From NCBI GenBank assembly GCA_951406725.2, contig OX597818.1, positions 40,796,001-40,860,000 of the forward strand: a stretch of 64,000 nucleotides of DNA. Direction: 5' to 3'. Origin of the DNA: Octopus vulgaris (Eukaryota). The position numbers and the translations under genes are program-made. Shown here in pieces: positions 40,714 to 55,320 of the stretch. The notes below the pieces were generated by a model that did not search any database, was not told where the DNA came from, and saw only the letters and a list, made by a program, of their open reading frames with translations. Position 1 is the first letter of the stretch; each line of letters opens with the position of its first letter.

Positions 40714-41044
40714 GTTTTTGGTGGTTGTGGTGGTGGTGGCGGCGATAAGGTTTATGATGTCGATGGGGATAGTAGAGATGATGATGATGATGATGATGAT
40801 GATAATGATGATGATGATGATGATGATGGCGATGACGACGTCCATGATGACAATCGAAGATTATGATGATGATATAGAGGTAGTAGAGACAAGGACGGCG
40901 GTGATAGTTCAAAGTGACAGACGTTGGCAAACACAGTTGTGGTGGTCGTGGTGAATGGATTGATAGAGCAAAATATTGATGAATGGTCTGATGCGACGGA
41001 AATGGTAGGAAATGAAGATCGTGGTGGTTGTGGTGGTGGGGGGA

Positions 41045-42697
41045 TTAAGGCAGGCACAAAGTTCATCAACGGATGTTCCTTTGGGTATAATAGGCAGAGT
41101 TTGTCGAAAATCTCCTGCAAGAAGTAGAGTTGCACCTCCAAGGATGTTATTGTTTGATCTAAGATCCCTCATTGTGGTATGAAGTGCTTTTAGGGAACAT
41201 TCATGGGACATAGTTGCTTCATCCCAAACAATGGGCTTGCACTTTTTCAAAATTGTCGCTTCGTCCGGGGAATGCAAGTGACTCCCTTGTTTGCGTGTCC
41301 AATCGAAACAACTCATCAACATGAGGTCACTCCTACAGACTGGTCAGCCTACAATCCAGTTTTCGGAAAGGCTCCTTAAAATAGGTAATGGACAAATTAC
41401 GTCCGATGACAACGGATACACTGACACTACCAGCATTGGCCACACTGAATCCAGCCCTGATGACTTACGTTCTGCCGTTTACCCAGATCTGAGAACGGAA
41501 TAGATAAAACCAGATTGGCTTCGCGGCAGGGCTGTTCTTTCACCTCCAAATACAGCTGTGAACAATCTTAACTACGAGTTAGTCAGCTACCTTCTCAAGA
41601 ACGTTGTTACAGATTCGTTGACACCGTTACAGACCTTGATCAGGTTACACACTTTCCAACAGAATTTCTCTACTCCCAAGTTCCTTCGGGACTACCCTCT
41701 CATGAACTTCACTTAAAAGTCGATTGTCCTGTCATCCTTTTACGCAATATAAACGCACTCACACTATGTAATGGGACTCGCCTTCTGGTCAAACAAATGA
41801 TGGACCGCGTCATTGAAGCCCAAATTATCACGGGACACGGCAAAAACGATACAGTTTTCATTCCGAAAACTCTGCTAACCCCAAAAGACTGCCCCCTACC
41901 CTATGCAGAGATTTCAGTCCCCTCTGAAACTGAGCTTCGCCATGACACTTAACAAAATACAAGGTCAGTCGCTGAAAGTTATCGGATTGGACCTCCGAAC
42001 ATTGTGCTTTTCACATGGACAGTTCTACGTCGGTTGTTCCAGAGTTGGCCATCCAGACAACTTATTCATCTGTGCTCCTGAAGGAAAAACAAAGAATATC
42101 GTCTACAAAGCAACCCTGCAAGTAGATATTCACATCTACGCCAAACTGTAGCCGTTAGCAATTAGACTTCCCGCAAGAATTTCATTGATATTTTGCTTCA
42201 TTTCCCTGATTACTGTTAACAGTATATTACCTTCAATGACCCTTCTTACTTCTCGCACGCTGTTCGCTCATAAGCATGCTCTGACATTTATTGATTCAAT
42301 TCGTGTGTTTACGATAAATGTTTATTTTTTCTTATCATACAAGACTTCCATTGACAAAAAGGTTTCAATGCGGTTATGTCAGATATTACGAGAAAAATAC
42401 GTACATGATACAAAACACTTCAAATAAGATATAGGATCCCTAATGCATACAACAATTGCGATGTCATTCCATGGACTTTCATTTATTACTAACTGCCAAA
42501 TTTTTATTCAAAAAATGTTTTTCATAACCTAGGTTACTTAATACCATATCATAAACTGATAACGAAAATGGTAATTATACATTTTATGCTTATCAACTTG
42601 AAACGACTTCTAACAGCGGGTTAATTCAACTGAAACCGGCCACAGGAGTGCACCATTATAGTAGTTACACCGTCCACAGGACGCGTGCATTTGCTAG
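41045..42697 (+). mobile_element. Autonomous Helitron remnant: PIF1-family helicase pseudogene plus intact 3' terminus
   Basis: Minus 41282-41045: IVWDEATM...LLAGDFRQTLP (motifs II-III). Plus 41283-42151: NMR..FSERLLKIGNG..LLRN..LCNGTRL..FAMTLNKIQGQSL..FSHGQFYVGCSRV. 3' hairpin cgtccacaggacg (42671-42683) and CTAG|T at 42694-42697. Confidence 0.9.
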
Positions 42698-42922
42698 TAT
42701 GTATATATATATATACACATACATACATATATATGTACATATGTATACACACTCACAAACACACATATATATACATATACATATGTGTTTGTGCGTGTGT
42801 GTGTGTACATATGTATGTATGTATGTATGAGAGTCAGCTTACTCTCTGTAGTAGAGTTGAAGTTTTCAACCACGATGTATCGTTCTGAGGATTAGTCTGT
42901 TGGTTCCTCTTATATGTATGGA

Positions 42923-43316
42923 CTAGCAGTATCACCCGGCGTTGCTCGGGTTTGGAAAGGAAATAACTATATAAGCATTTTTAGAGATGTAAAGTATAAT
43001 AGCCATCTCAATATGGCTAACCACAAAGGGGGGGTGTTACTGTAGCTTTTTACGTTCTGAGATTTAATAATACATTTTTAGAGAGTTACTTCCTTTATAT
43101 ATGCCAAAAATGCATTAAAAATGGGAAAAAATTATGGTAATTTTTTTTAAATCGTAGACTCATCGTAGACGCGCGCTAATACTCAGAAGGGCTCGATATG
43201 AATCACGACTATAAGATACCCGCTTTTGGTTAAACTGCACCGTAAAATGTGGGAGTAGTTAGGAATCTAAATCATAGGAGACAGACACCACACAACCTCA
43301 CTTTTATATATATAGA
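42923..43316 (-). mobile_element. Complete non-autonomous Helitron (~394 bp)
   Basis: Minus strand begins A|TCtatatatataaaagtgagg and ends cccgagcaacgccggg-tgatactg-CTAG|T; A/T target, no TSD. Confidence 0.9.
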
Positions 43317-43325
43317 TATATATAT

Positions 43326-44381
43326 ATAACGGGAAGCTTTATGAAAATAAACAAAAGACGAAGGCAGGTGGAGAGGGGGATAGAGAAGGAAGGGGAGGAG
43401 GGGGATGAAGGAGGAAAGAGGGAGAGGGGGAGAGAGAAGGGGAGAGAGGGAGTGAGGGAGCAGAGGGAAGGGGAAGAGGGAGGGAGAAAGAGGGAAGAAG
43501 GGAAGGGGAGTAGGGGTGAAAGGATGAAGGACTGAAGAAGTAGGGGTCGGGGGAGAAAGGATAGGTGAGGAGGGGGAGAGGGGGGTTAGATGAGGAGGGG
43601 GGAGAGTTGAGACCAAATGGCGTATAAGAACGAAGAGAGAAGATTAATTCCTGTTCACGGCGCAAACGGGAATCCGGATGGCCTCTGTGTAAGGACAAAC
43701 CGAACACAGATAGGTGTTGCAAGGAGTGACCGGTGGAGCGGAAATGGCGTGAGACCGGTGTGTCGTTCGCAAGGTGGATGTCACGAAGGTGTTCCGCGAA
43801 CCGGTCAGCCAAGCGGCGTCCCGTTTGTCCGATGTACAAGGAATTGCAGAGAGAGCAAGAGATGCAATAGATAATATTGCTGGAGGTGCAGGTGAAGGAG
43901 TGGATGATGGGATAGGGTCGATGGTGGGTGCTAGTGAGGCGGGTGGTGTTGGAGAGGTAAGGGCAAGTGCGGCAACGTGGGCGGGAGCAGGGGAACGAGC
44001 CGGGTTGGGAGGTAGGGTCAGGGAAGGAGCTATGGACCAAAAGGTCTCGAAGGTTGTGGGCTCGTTTGAAAGAGGGGAGGGGTCGGTTAGGGAAGAGGTG
44101 TGAAGTGGACGGGTCGGACTGGAGATGACGGAAAGCTCGAAGAATGGTGCGTTGGAGACGTAGGGTCGTGGGGTGGTAAGTGAGGGGAAAAGGGAGGCGG
44201 GAGACTACGGGGCGGGTTCGGGGAGAGAGAGCAGATACACGGTCCACGGACCGTGCTCTGGCAAGGGCGGTGTGGATAGTGGTGAGGGGGTATCCACGTA
44301 GGGTGAAGTGGTGAGCCATACGTTGAGACTGAGTCTCAAAGTCATGGTCGTCACTACAGAGCCTACGTAGACGGAGGAATT
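43326..44381 (-). mobile_element. Penelope-like element (Neptune type) 3' part: RT thumb, CxxxxCxxC, GIY-YIG endonuclease
   Basis: QFLRLRRLCSD...RGYP...PLTYHP...FKRAHNLRDLLV...CSRPRCRTCP...FTCTSSNIIYCISCSLCNSLYIGQTGRRLADRFAEH...REQELIFSL...PFGLN; reading frame uninterrupted. Confidence 0.93.
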
Positions 44382-44439
44382 GTGTGTGTGTGTGTGTGTG
44401 TGTGAATATTGATGTAGCACCTGTTATATAGCTAATAGT

Positions 44440-44655
44440 ATATGTTTGTGTGTCTATGTTCGTCCCCCCACCCCCGAACATCGCTTGACAACCGATGGTG
44501 ATGTGTTTACGTCCCCGTAACTTAGCGGATCGGCAAAAGAGACCGATATAATAAGTACTAGGCTTCCAAAGAATAAGTCCAGGGGTCGATTTGCTCGACT
44601 GAAGGCGGTACACCAGCATGGCCGCAGTCAAATTATTGAAACAGGAAAAAAAGTA
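44440..44655 (+). mobile_element. SINE family A 3' half
   Basis: catcgcttgacaaccgatgg...ccagcatggccgcagtcaaa. Confidence 0.85.
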
Positions 44656-44667
44656 TATATATATAAA

Positions 44668-44750
<83 letters not shown>

Positions 44751-45362
44751 ATTTGTATAAATACATATGTCAGTAGGGTAATATTATATAATTAATTCAA
44801 ACTTTATTTTTCAAAATGTATCCAAATACCATCGAAGGTAAATATAAAAATCAACAAATGTGTCCATGGAAGGAAATCCACTGAGGAGAAAGATAAATTA
44901 CTCAAAATAAGTTAGAACTAAAGACAAGGATACTGTTTTAATTAAAAAGAGAATATGATAGATTTTAGATAGAGAAAAAGACAGACAGAGAGAGACAGAT
45001 GCAATGAGACTAGAGATAGTTAGTGAGAGAGCGGTAGAATAGAACCGACTGATGTGGAACTATACAGAGTAAAAGAGAGACACAGTTTGCTGATATTAAT
45101 TAATTTTCCCTTACAGGCAGAAGGTGAGTGATGATTCTACATACATAAATATACACACACATAAACGCATAACCTTAAACGCACACACACACACGCATAC
45201 ACACACACACACACATAAGCTTATATGTATATATATATATATTTATTTATATATATATATAATATATACATACATAATATATAATGTATATATGTACATA
45301 TATATACACATATAAGTATATACATATATATGCACACATATATGCATATATACATATATATG

Positions 45363-45451
<89 letters not shown>

Positions 45452-45476
45452 GTATGTATATATGTATGTATGTATG

Positions 45477-45527
<51 letters not shown>

Positions 45528-45628
45528 CCAAAAGTGTACGTACGCCGTTATGTTTATATAAAAAAGATGGAAGAACGTGACAGGCGACAACAAAACGTTC
45601 GGTAAGACTATACAAAGAGGGACATGAC

Positions 45629-45715
<87 letters not shown>

Positions 45716-45716
45716 A

Positions 45717-45750
<34 letters not shown>

Positions 45751-46470
45751 ATACATACATACATACATACATACATACATACATACATACATGCATGCAT
45801 GCATGCATACATACATATATCTATATACTTATATGTGTATATAAACCAATACCAACACACACATACTCTCTCCCTTCCTTTCACTCTCTGTCTATCTATC
45901 TATCTGTCTGTCTATCTATCTAACCATCTCCCCCACTCTCTCTCTCTCTCTCTCTCTCTTTTGCATACCTGCATCATTTCACGTGCTTGCGTCAATCGAA
46001 TATCATACAAACGCTAATGTTATTCGCGTGTTCTAACCTATACGATATATAGAAGTATAATTATGTATGGATTTATTGATTCAAGTGTGTGTGAGTGTGT
46101 GTGTGTGTGCGTGTTTGTGTGTGTGTATACAAATATGCATATATATATATATATCGATAGGTTGATAGATCATTTATATATATAAGATGTATGATTATAT
46201 GGAGGTAGAAATCAGTATCTATGTGTTTATATATAGATAAATAACTAAATAAATAAATATATATATATATTTGTATGCATGTATGTATAAATACATATAT
46301 ATATGTATATAGCTCAATGGCTAGAGATATACATAGATAAACTGATAGCTAGTTATATAGATATATACATACATAGACACACAGACAGACAGACAGACAG
46401 ACACAGAGACACAGACATGTACACATAAGCTTATGTACATATATATGTATATGAAGGTCGACATATCGCA

Positions 46471-46510
<40 letters not shown>

Positions 46511-46609
46511 GTTCACGGATATACTTACATATATATATAAGTATATATGTATGCATATATGCATTTATACATACACACACATACACATGTATGTATGTAT
46601 CTCTCTCTC

Positions 46610-46648
<39 letters not shown>

Positions 46649-46675
46649 CATATATATATATATATATACACACAT

Positions 46676-46838
<163 letters not shown>

Positions 46839-47743
46839 GATATAGATATGTCTCTTTCTATTCTAGGAGGAACACATATAAATATCACTATTGGTACCAT
46901 AACTTATTCTTGCAATGCTTTTTCGAAAAGGTTATGCACAGATAAAATAAGCATTTATTGGGAAATTTTGAAGGAACACTTGGAAAAAATACTGGACTGA
47001 TTAGATTGACTTAATCCCATGGAGCCTTTAGTACAACACTCCTCCGATATGTGATATAATGTAATATAATACAATATAATAAAATACAATATAATATAAT
47101 ATATGATATATAGAATATATGTATGATGGTGTGAGTGTATGTATGGGTTTGTATGGGTTTGTGTGTGTGTGTGTGGCTTGTGTGTGTGAGAGAGAGAGAG
47201 AGGGGGAGAGAGAGAGAGAGAGACTTACTTATATGGATTCAGTAAATTTTAAATTTGTTCAAATAATTTCGCATGTATGAGAGAAGAGAAACAGTGACAG
47301 AGAGAGAGAGAGAGAGAGAGCGGGAGAGAAAGAGAGAGAGAGAGCTAGAGAGAGAAATAGAGAGACAGACAGCTTCATAGAAATGGATATACATGTATAC
47401 ATATACATACACAGACTCACACACACATGCACACCCATTCAGAGAAACACACACATGCCCACCCACACAGAGAAACACACACGTACCTATATTTATAGGA
47501 TTTGATAAAACTTTAAACGTAAATAATATTTTCTTACCTAAATCCATGTATATATATGTATATATATGCATATACATATATACATAGATATACATATACA
47601 TACATGCATACATACATGCATACATACATACATACATACATACATACATACATACATACATACATACATACATACATACATACATAAATTACATACATAC
47701 ATATATATATACATATATACATATGTTAGTTAATTAGTTAATT

Positions 47744-47956
47744 TTTGGCTCAAAACGCAAAAAGCAAGGCCATGTAGGGGGACATGGAGTTATGTACAGG
47801 GTGGTGTTCATGTAAAGTGTTAAGGCCACTTTTTGAACCGAGCGGTCGTCGGCATCTTCACCATCTCGTCCGACAGCTTATTCCACGGGTCCGCAACCCG
47901 GACGGAGAAAGCCCCTCTCCTTCGATTGAGATGAAATCGTCGCAGATAGAGCTTTT
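47744..47956 (-). mobile_element. CR1 LINE 3' end, second copy
   Basis: Near-identical to 13805-14030 (aaagcaaggccatgtagggg...gaaccgagcggtcgtcggcatcttcac...). Confidence 0.9.
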
Positions 47957-48184
47957 ATATAAATTCAATATATGTATGTATTTATGTATGATTGTATATG
48001 CGCTTCAATTTAAAATAGGGGCTTTACAAAGTGTTTTATGAATTAAGTACGTTAATTTTATTCCTTTTTCAAATGGATTCATACATTCGTGCATATGTAT
48101 ATGTGTGCGTGTATCCATGCATGTGCTTGTCTGTGTGTAAACATGGTACGTATCTATCTCCCTCATATATGCATATATATATGC

Positions 48185-48245
<61 letters not shown>

Positions 48246-48276
48246 TATATACATACATGCATATATACAAACATAC

Positions 48277-48353
<77 letters not shown>

Positions 48354-48669
48354 TTAAAAGAATTAGTGTAGTAAAATTATGTAGCAACACCAAATGACGG
48401 TGTCCCAGCATGGCCACACCTCATGAGCTGAAACTAGATCAAATCAAATCATATATATATATATATATAGATAGATAGATAAATAGATAGATAGATGATA
48501 CACGCATATGTATGTATATATTTGTGTATAGATCTACATATACATATATATATGTATGTGTGTATATATATATATGTATGTATATATATATATATATATA
48601 TATACATACATATCTATATATATATATATATATATACATATATACATATATATATACATATACATATAC

Positions 48670-48700
<31 letters not shown>

Positions 48701-48749
48701 CATATACACATATATATATGTATATGTATATATATATGTATATATGTAA

Positions 48750-48876
<127 letters not shown>

Positions 48877-48891
48877 TATAGAGAGATAGAT

Positions 48892-48922
<31 letters not shown>

Positions 48923-49303
48923 AAGATAGATAAACAAATGTAGGAGGTGGTATCTATGTTTAACCAGAATGTTAAAGAGTGGGAATGAAAGGGGCGGAGG
49001 AACGGTAGGAGTGGGAGGATGTTGCCAACACATGCATGTTAAATGCATTAGCTGCAATATCTGCATACTTACACAGGCGCATTTTAGAATAGAGACATTT
49101 TTAAACACACAGGATAGACAGACACATAACTGCGTTTTACTACCACTGTGAATTCGGATGGACTACATTGAATCATTGAATAGCTTATAGCTATATTTTT
49201 ATTTTATACACAAGCAAGCATAAGTATACTTAGCATACACATATGAATGCATACATACACACATACATACATATTATGTGTATATGTATATATATATACA
49301 TAT

Positions 49304-49360
<57 letters not shown>

Positions 49361-49362
49361 AT

Positions 49363-49527
49363 ATTATAATGTAGTGGGTATCTAAGAGATACCGCCACGC
49401 TTGAAATAGCAGCCAAAACTTCACTCTAAAACCACATTAAAAGTTCATACAGTAATATGGTTTTAGAGTCAAGTTTTGGCTGCTATTTCAAGCGTGGTGA
49501 TCTCTCTTAGATACCCTAAATTATAAT
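49363..49527. repeat. Fold-back hairpin, ~75-bp arms
   Basis: gggtatctaagaga...ccacgcttgaaatagcagccaaaactt.actctaaaacca / tggttttagagt.aagttttggctgctatttcaagcgtgg...tctcttagataccc. Confidence 0.9.
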
Positions 49528-49657
49528 TTTGATAATAATTATTACCTTCGAAAGTTTTTTATTCCCATGCTGTCCACTTGATAAGTTCGATATTTAAATA
49601 ACGATCCTATCCTTATTTATATAAATATATATATATATATGTATGCATATGTATATA

Positions 49658-49707
<50 letters not shown>

Positions 49708-49834
49708 CATACATACATACATGCATATATATATATATATCTGTATGTATCTATGTTTGTATGAATGTATGCACGTACAATCAAAACGCCCCGGTGTAAC
49801 TGTCTTTTACAATATACATGCGCCCAGATGTATG

Positions 49835-49880
<46 letters not shown>

Positions 49881-49965
49881 CACACATACACACGCACTGT
49901 CATATTTTTATTTATTCTATTTTTGAAAAAAAACTTTTTCAAAAGAATTTTTTCAGCTTAAATAC

Positions 49966-49996
<31 letters not shown>

Positions 49997-50499
49997 TGCA
50001 TCTATCTATTTATGCATGCTTATAAATATACAGATATATTATATTCACACCAATTACAACTGCCGGAGTTTTTGACATTTTATCCAAGTTAGAGCTGTTC
50101 CCAAAATGAATCAGTTTTCTTTAATTTTTTTCTTTTGTTTTTTTGTTGCTGTTTGAGAGTGTGCCTTCTGAACTTAGAAGGTAGGTTGTATGATAGATTT
50201 TGTATAGATATACCTGCTATTTCTAACATCTATCTAGCCACGTTGCCATATATTGCGTTTGCTTTCATGTTCAACGATATGTATTCTTGTGTAGTGGATA
50301 ATATTTTTTAAACGGATATGTTACAAACCCAGGGTAAGGTGTAACGTTACGTATACACCCTTTTACATACGCACACACACACAAACACACAAGCGCACAC
50401 ACACTCAAACACACTCAGACGCATATACACAAATGCATAGACACACATGTTTTTAGATAATAACACATGCACACGGACATATACGTATTTAGTTTTATC

Positions 50500-50713
50500 T
50501 TTTGTTTTAGGAATTTGATTCCGGCCATGCTGGGGCACCACACTGAGGGGTTGTAGTCGAACGAATCCATCATACTACTTACTTTGCTTTTTATTGTAAC
50601 CCTGTCACTCTCTATTGTCGAACAGCTGGCTCACAAGGACGTAAACAAACCAACATCGATTGCCAAGGGGTAGTGAGGAACAAACACAAACACACGGATG
50701 CATACATATATAC

Positions 50714-50764
<51 letters not shown>

Positions 50765-50861
50765 CATATATACATATATGTATATATATATATATATACA
50801 TATAATTATATACATATATATATATATATATGTATGTATGTATATATATACATATATATAC

Positions 50862-50892
<31 letters not shown>

Positions 50893-51115
50893 CATGTATG
50901 TATGCACGTATTTATGCATGCATTAATACATACATACACACATCCATCCATCCATCCATCCATCCATCCATCCATCCATCCATACATACATACATACATA
51001 CATACATACATACATACATACATACATGTATATATCTTTACGGCGAGCTTCTTTCATTTCCGTTTACCAAATCCACTGTGAGACTGTGCCGGGCAGGTGC
51101 CATAGTAGAAAACAC
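50500..51115 (-). mobile_element. Diverged SINE family A copy with greatly expanded internal microsatellite
   Basis: Tail at 50500-50690, ~340-bp microsatellite, head part at 51040-51115. Confidence 0.65.
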
Positions 51116-51365
51116 CCAACGTACTACACACCCTCATACTAAATATGGCCGATTACGGTCACTGTCAGCATGTATGTATACAATTATGTGCTTTGATTGC
51201 TGCATTAGACCGTTTAGCTCTTATTTCTAGCAATGTAGGCCTTTTTACGCCCTCAGTCACATTTATATTTAATGACAGTTATGGTTTTTCTTTTTGGTAC
51301 ACATTGCTTACTACTGCCTATATATATATATATATATATATATATGCTTATTTATTTGTGTGTGT

Positions 51366-51701
51366 GTGATTAGGGCAGCGGACTCACGGTCAGAGGATCG
51401 TGGTTTCGATTCCCAGACTGGGCGTTGTGAGTGTTTGTTGAACTAAAACTCCTAAAGCTCCACGAGGCTCCGGCAGGGGATGGTAGCGAACCTGCTGTAT
51501 TCTTTCACCACAACTTTCTCTGACTTTTTCTTCCCGTTTCTGCTGTACCTGTGTTTCAAAGGGCCAGCCTTATCACACTCTACGTTAAGGGTACACGTGT
51601 CTGTGGAGTGCTCAGCCACTTGTACGTTAATTTCACCAGCAGGCAGTTCCGTTGATCGGATCAACTGGAACCCTCGTCGTCGTAACCGACGGAGTGCCAC
51701 G
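51366..51701 (+). mobile_element. SINE family C (tRNA head, tail type 1)
   Basis: ttagggcagcggactcacggtc...ggtttcgattcccagac.gggcgttgtgagtgttt shared with 56921; tail ...ccctcgtcgtcgtaaccgacggagtgcca. Confidence 0.8.
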
Positions 51702-52176
51702 ATATAAAACATATTACATACTTCAAGCCTATTTAGCATATTTAAACGATTGCTGTGAATTCCGCAGTGGTGCAACATATATACAACATATATTTATACA
51801 TATGCATACATATGCATATATACACCTTACCACACACACACACACACATAATTATGCCTGTATGAGTGAGTGTGTGTATGTGTGTTTGTGAGTGTGAGTG
51901 TGAGTGTGAGTGTGGGTGCTTGTATAGAATCTTGCATCTTGTATTGTGACGAGATGACTAAGATCTTGTATATCCTGCTTACCTAACTTTCATTAATCAG
52001 ATTCTCTCCTGAGATATATGTATATACGTACATACACCACACACACACACATATACATACATACATACATATTTGAACAATGAGATACATATACACACAC
52101 TTATGTGTGTGTGTGTGTGTGTGTGTGATGAATATATTTGTGCGTGCGTGTGCATATATATATGTATGTATGTATT

Positions 52177-52252
<76 letters not shown>

Positions 52253-53179
52253 CATACATACAAATATATTCATCACGCACACACACATATATGTATATGT
52301 GTGTGTATATAGATATATATATGTGTATGTGCATATATATAAACTATATATATACATATGTATGCGTGTGTGATGAATATATTTGTATGTATGTATTTAT
52401 ATATATATGTGTATATGTATGTATATATATATATATATATACATACATACATATATAGAAATGGCATATGTGTGTCTCCGTATGTCTGAATGTGTACATA
52501 TATCCCTGTGTAGATAATACCAATTAGAGATAGATATGAGCAAATATATGTGTGTGTGTGTTTGCGTACGTGCGTGTGTGTGTGTGTGCGTGTGAAATGT
52601 CATATATATCACGCACATACGCGATCAACCAGCTCAGATACTAACATATGTATATATAATATATATTTTAAAATATATTATGCATTCAGACACACATAAA
52701 CACACACACTCAGACATATATGTATGCATATGTGTGTGTGTGTGCGTGTGGGTACATATATATACATAAAAATACATACACATGCACGTATATAGAGAGA
52801 TTGATGTAGATGACTATATAAATATATACATGTGTATAGTCATGTATATATATATATATATATATAAATCATACATACTTACATACATATGTATATATAT
52901 ATTCATGTATGTATATATATACATATATATATATGTGTGTGTGTGTGTATGTGTGATTGCATGCGTCTGTATATATGCGTGTGTGTGTATGCGTGTATAT
53001 CCATATACACACACACTCTTTTATATATAAATATACACATACACACCTAGACGCACACGGATATATATATGTGTATGTATATATGTATATACATACATTT
53101 CGAAAATACACACACATTTCAAAATACACACACATATGCATATATGGTGTATGTGTATATATATGTATGTGTGTGTGTT

Positions 53180-53284
<105 letters not shown>

Positions 53285-53780
53285 ATGCTTATACCTATAC
53301 CCCCATATACGTACATATGCACACACAAGAACACGCGTAAACAACGATACGCAGACGATCACACATGATTTTGTTTAGAAATCATTCTGTCATATTTTTC
53401 AACTGAATTTCATTCAATAAAGAGAAGCTAAAATATTATTTAAGTGAATCTATGATGTTCCTGCTGAAGTCAGAGTTGCTTTATTTTTCTCCTTAAGGCA
53501 CATTATAATGCATGTGAAAAATAATAGTAGAAATGTATGATGATATGAACCGTTTCTTAAGACGTCAGCAGGTGTGACAAATAATTTAAAAACAAGGAGC
53601 TCAACAACGGATCGAAACCGTCTCACAGAAACGACTTTCTTTGCAAGAGATTCCCTACCCTGCTACAATGTGATATATTATGATAAATTAATTGTTTCTG
53701 ATTTTAGGCAAATGGCGAGCAAATTTATTATTATTATTATTATTGTTGTTGTTGTTGTTGTTTTTATTATTATACTTAGA

Positions 53781-54410
53781 GGCGGCGCGCTGGCAGAACC
53801 CTTCGCGCACTGGACGAAATGCTTAGCGGTATTTCGTCTGCCGTTGCGTTCTGAGTTCAAATTCCGCCGAGGTCAACTTTGCCTTTCATCCTTTCGGGGT
53901 CGATAAATTAAGTACCAGTTACGCACCAGTGCGTAATCGACTTAATACCTATGTCTGTCCTTGTTTGTCCCCTCTGTGTTTAGCCCCTTGTGGGTAATAA
54001 AGAAATAGGTATTTCACCCGTCACTTCGTTCTGAGTTCAAATTCCGCCGAGGTAGACTTTGCCTTTCGGGGTCGATAAATTAAGTACCAGTGATAAATTA
54101 ATTACCAGCAATTATTCTATCATAACATATCAATATATCAATCGACTGGTCCCCTCCCCCAAAATTTCAAGCCTTGTGCCTTCAGTAGAAAGGAGTATTA
54201 TCATTATTGCCGGGCGTAATTCTTAGCGGTATTTCGTCTGTCGCAACGTTGTGAGTTCAAATTCTGCCGAGGTCCACTTTGTCTTTCATTCTTTCGGGGT
54301 CGATAAATTAAGTACCAGTTACGCACTGGGGTCGATATAATCGACTTAATCTGCTTGTCTGTCCTTGTTTGTCCTCTCTGTGTTTAGCCCCTTGTGGGTA
54401 GTAAAGCAAT
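53781..54410 (+). mobile_element. SINE family B multimer
   Basis: Head, unit, headless unit with alternative tail, then a further unit ending at (ATT)n. Confidence 0.85.
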
Positions 54411-54411
54411 A

Positions 54412-54463
<52 letters not shown>

Positions 54464-55277
54464 GTTATTAGGAAGGTGCTAGCTAGCAGAATCGTTAGGA
54501 CGCTTAACTACCTAGTACATACACACAGTCGATATCTGAGAGGTACAGGGTTCGTTTCTCTGTACTCATTTTCAGTCTTCCAGGAGTATTTAGCCAATTT
54601 TCTAGGCTGCTTTCACAGCTACCCTGTGATAGAAATTTATTTTCTCTAAAATACCAGCCCACGCTTCTCAGTTTGTTCATAAAAATACAGACCCCCCCCC
54701 CCCACACACACACATTATAACACACAGACACTCACACACATTATAACGCATAAACACACACACATTCACTCACTCTCGTTCTCTCTCACACACACACTTC
54801 AAATGTAAGAGTACAAAATGCTGACTGTACATGGTCGAACGACAGTCTAGAAACACCAACACGTCTGAAAATATGAAGAAATTGAAGGACACTTCGGATT
54901 CTAGATTCCTAGATACATTATGTTGGAAATCTAAGTCAAGATTATTACGACCGGAGCACTTTTTTCCTTTCTTTTAATGATTCACTCAAGAGGGGCGGGT
55001 TGCTCCTCGGACCTTCATAAGGCCGGGTTCACCCGGACCGTTCTGACCAATGTAATTACTGGTCATTTGCCGCAACTATTACATGTTAATAGCAGCGAAA
55101 GAAACCAACAGCGGTGGCTACAGAAAAGCCAGACGAAAGGGTCAAAGATCACTGTAGTAGCCGTTAAAAAGAGATGGAAGGTCGTTTGGACAAAGACTGG
55201 ACTGCGTTGGAGGGGGCGGTGATCGCAAACCGAGTAATTTTGGGTTATTTTGCGGGTATGCATTTTGAAGGTGCCCC

Positions 55278-55320
<43 letters not shown>

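Noticed and set aside
43339-44766. 475-aa ORF as a single gene
   Set aside because: A chance in-frame fusion of (CA)n, an antisense SINE and a Penelope GIY-YIG fragment.
51983-52008. 26-nt micro-exon on the minus strand (tctcAG...GTaagc)
   Set aside because: Stops in all three frames and no supporting evidence.
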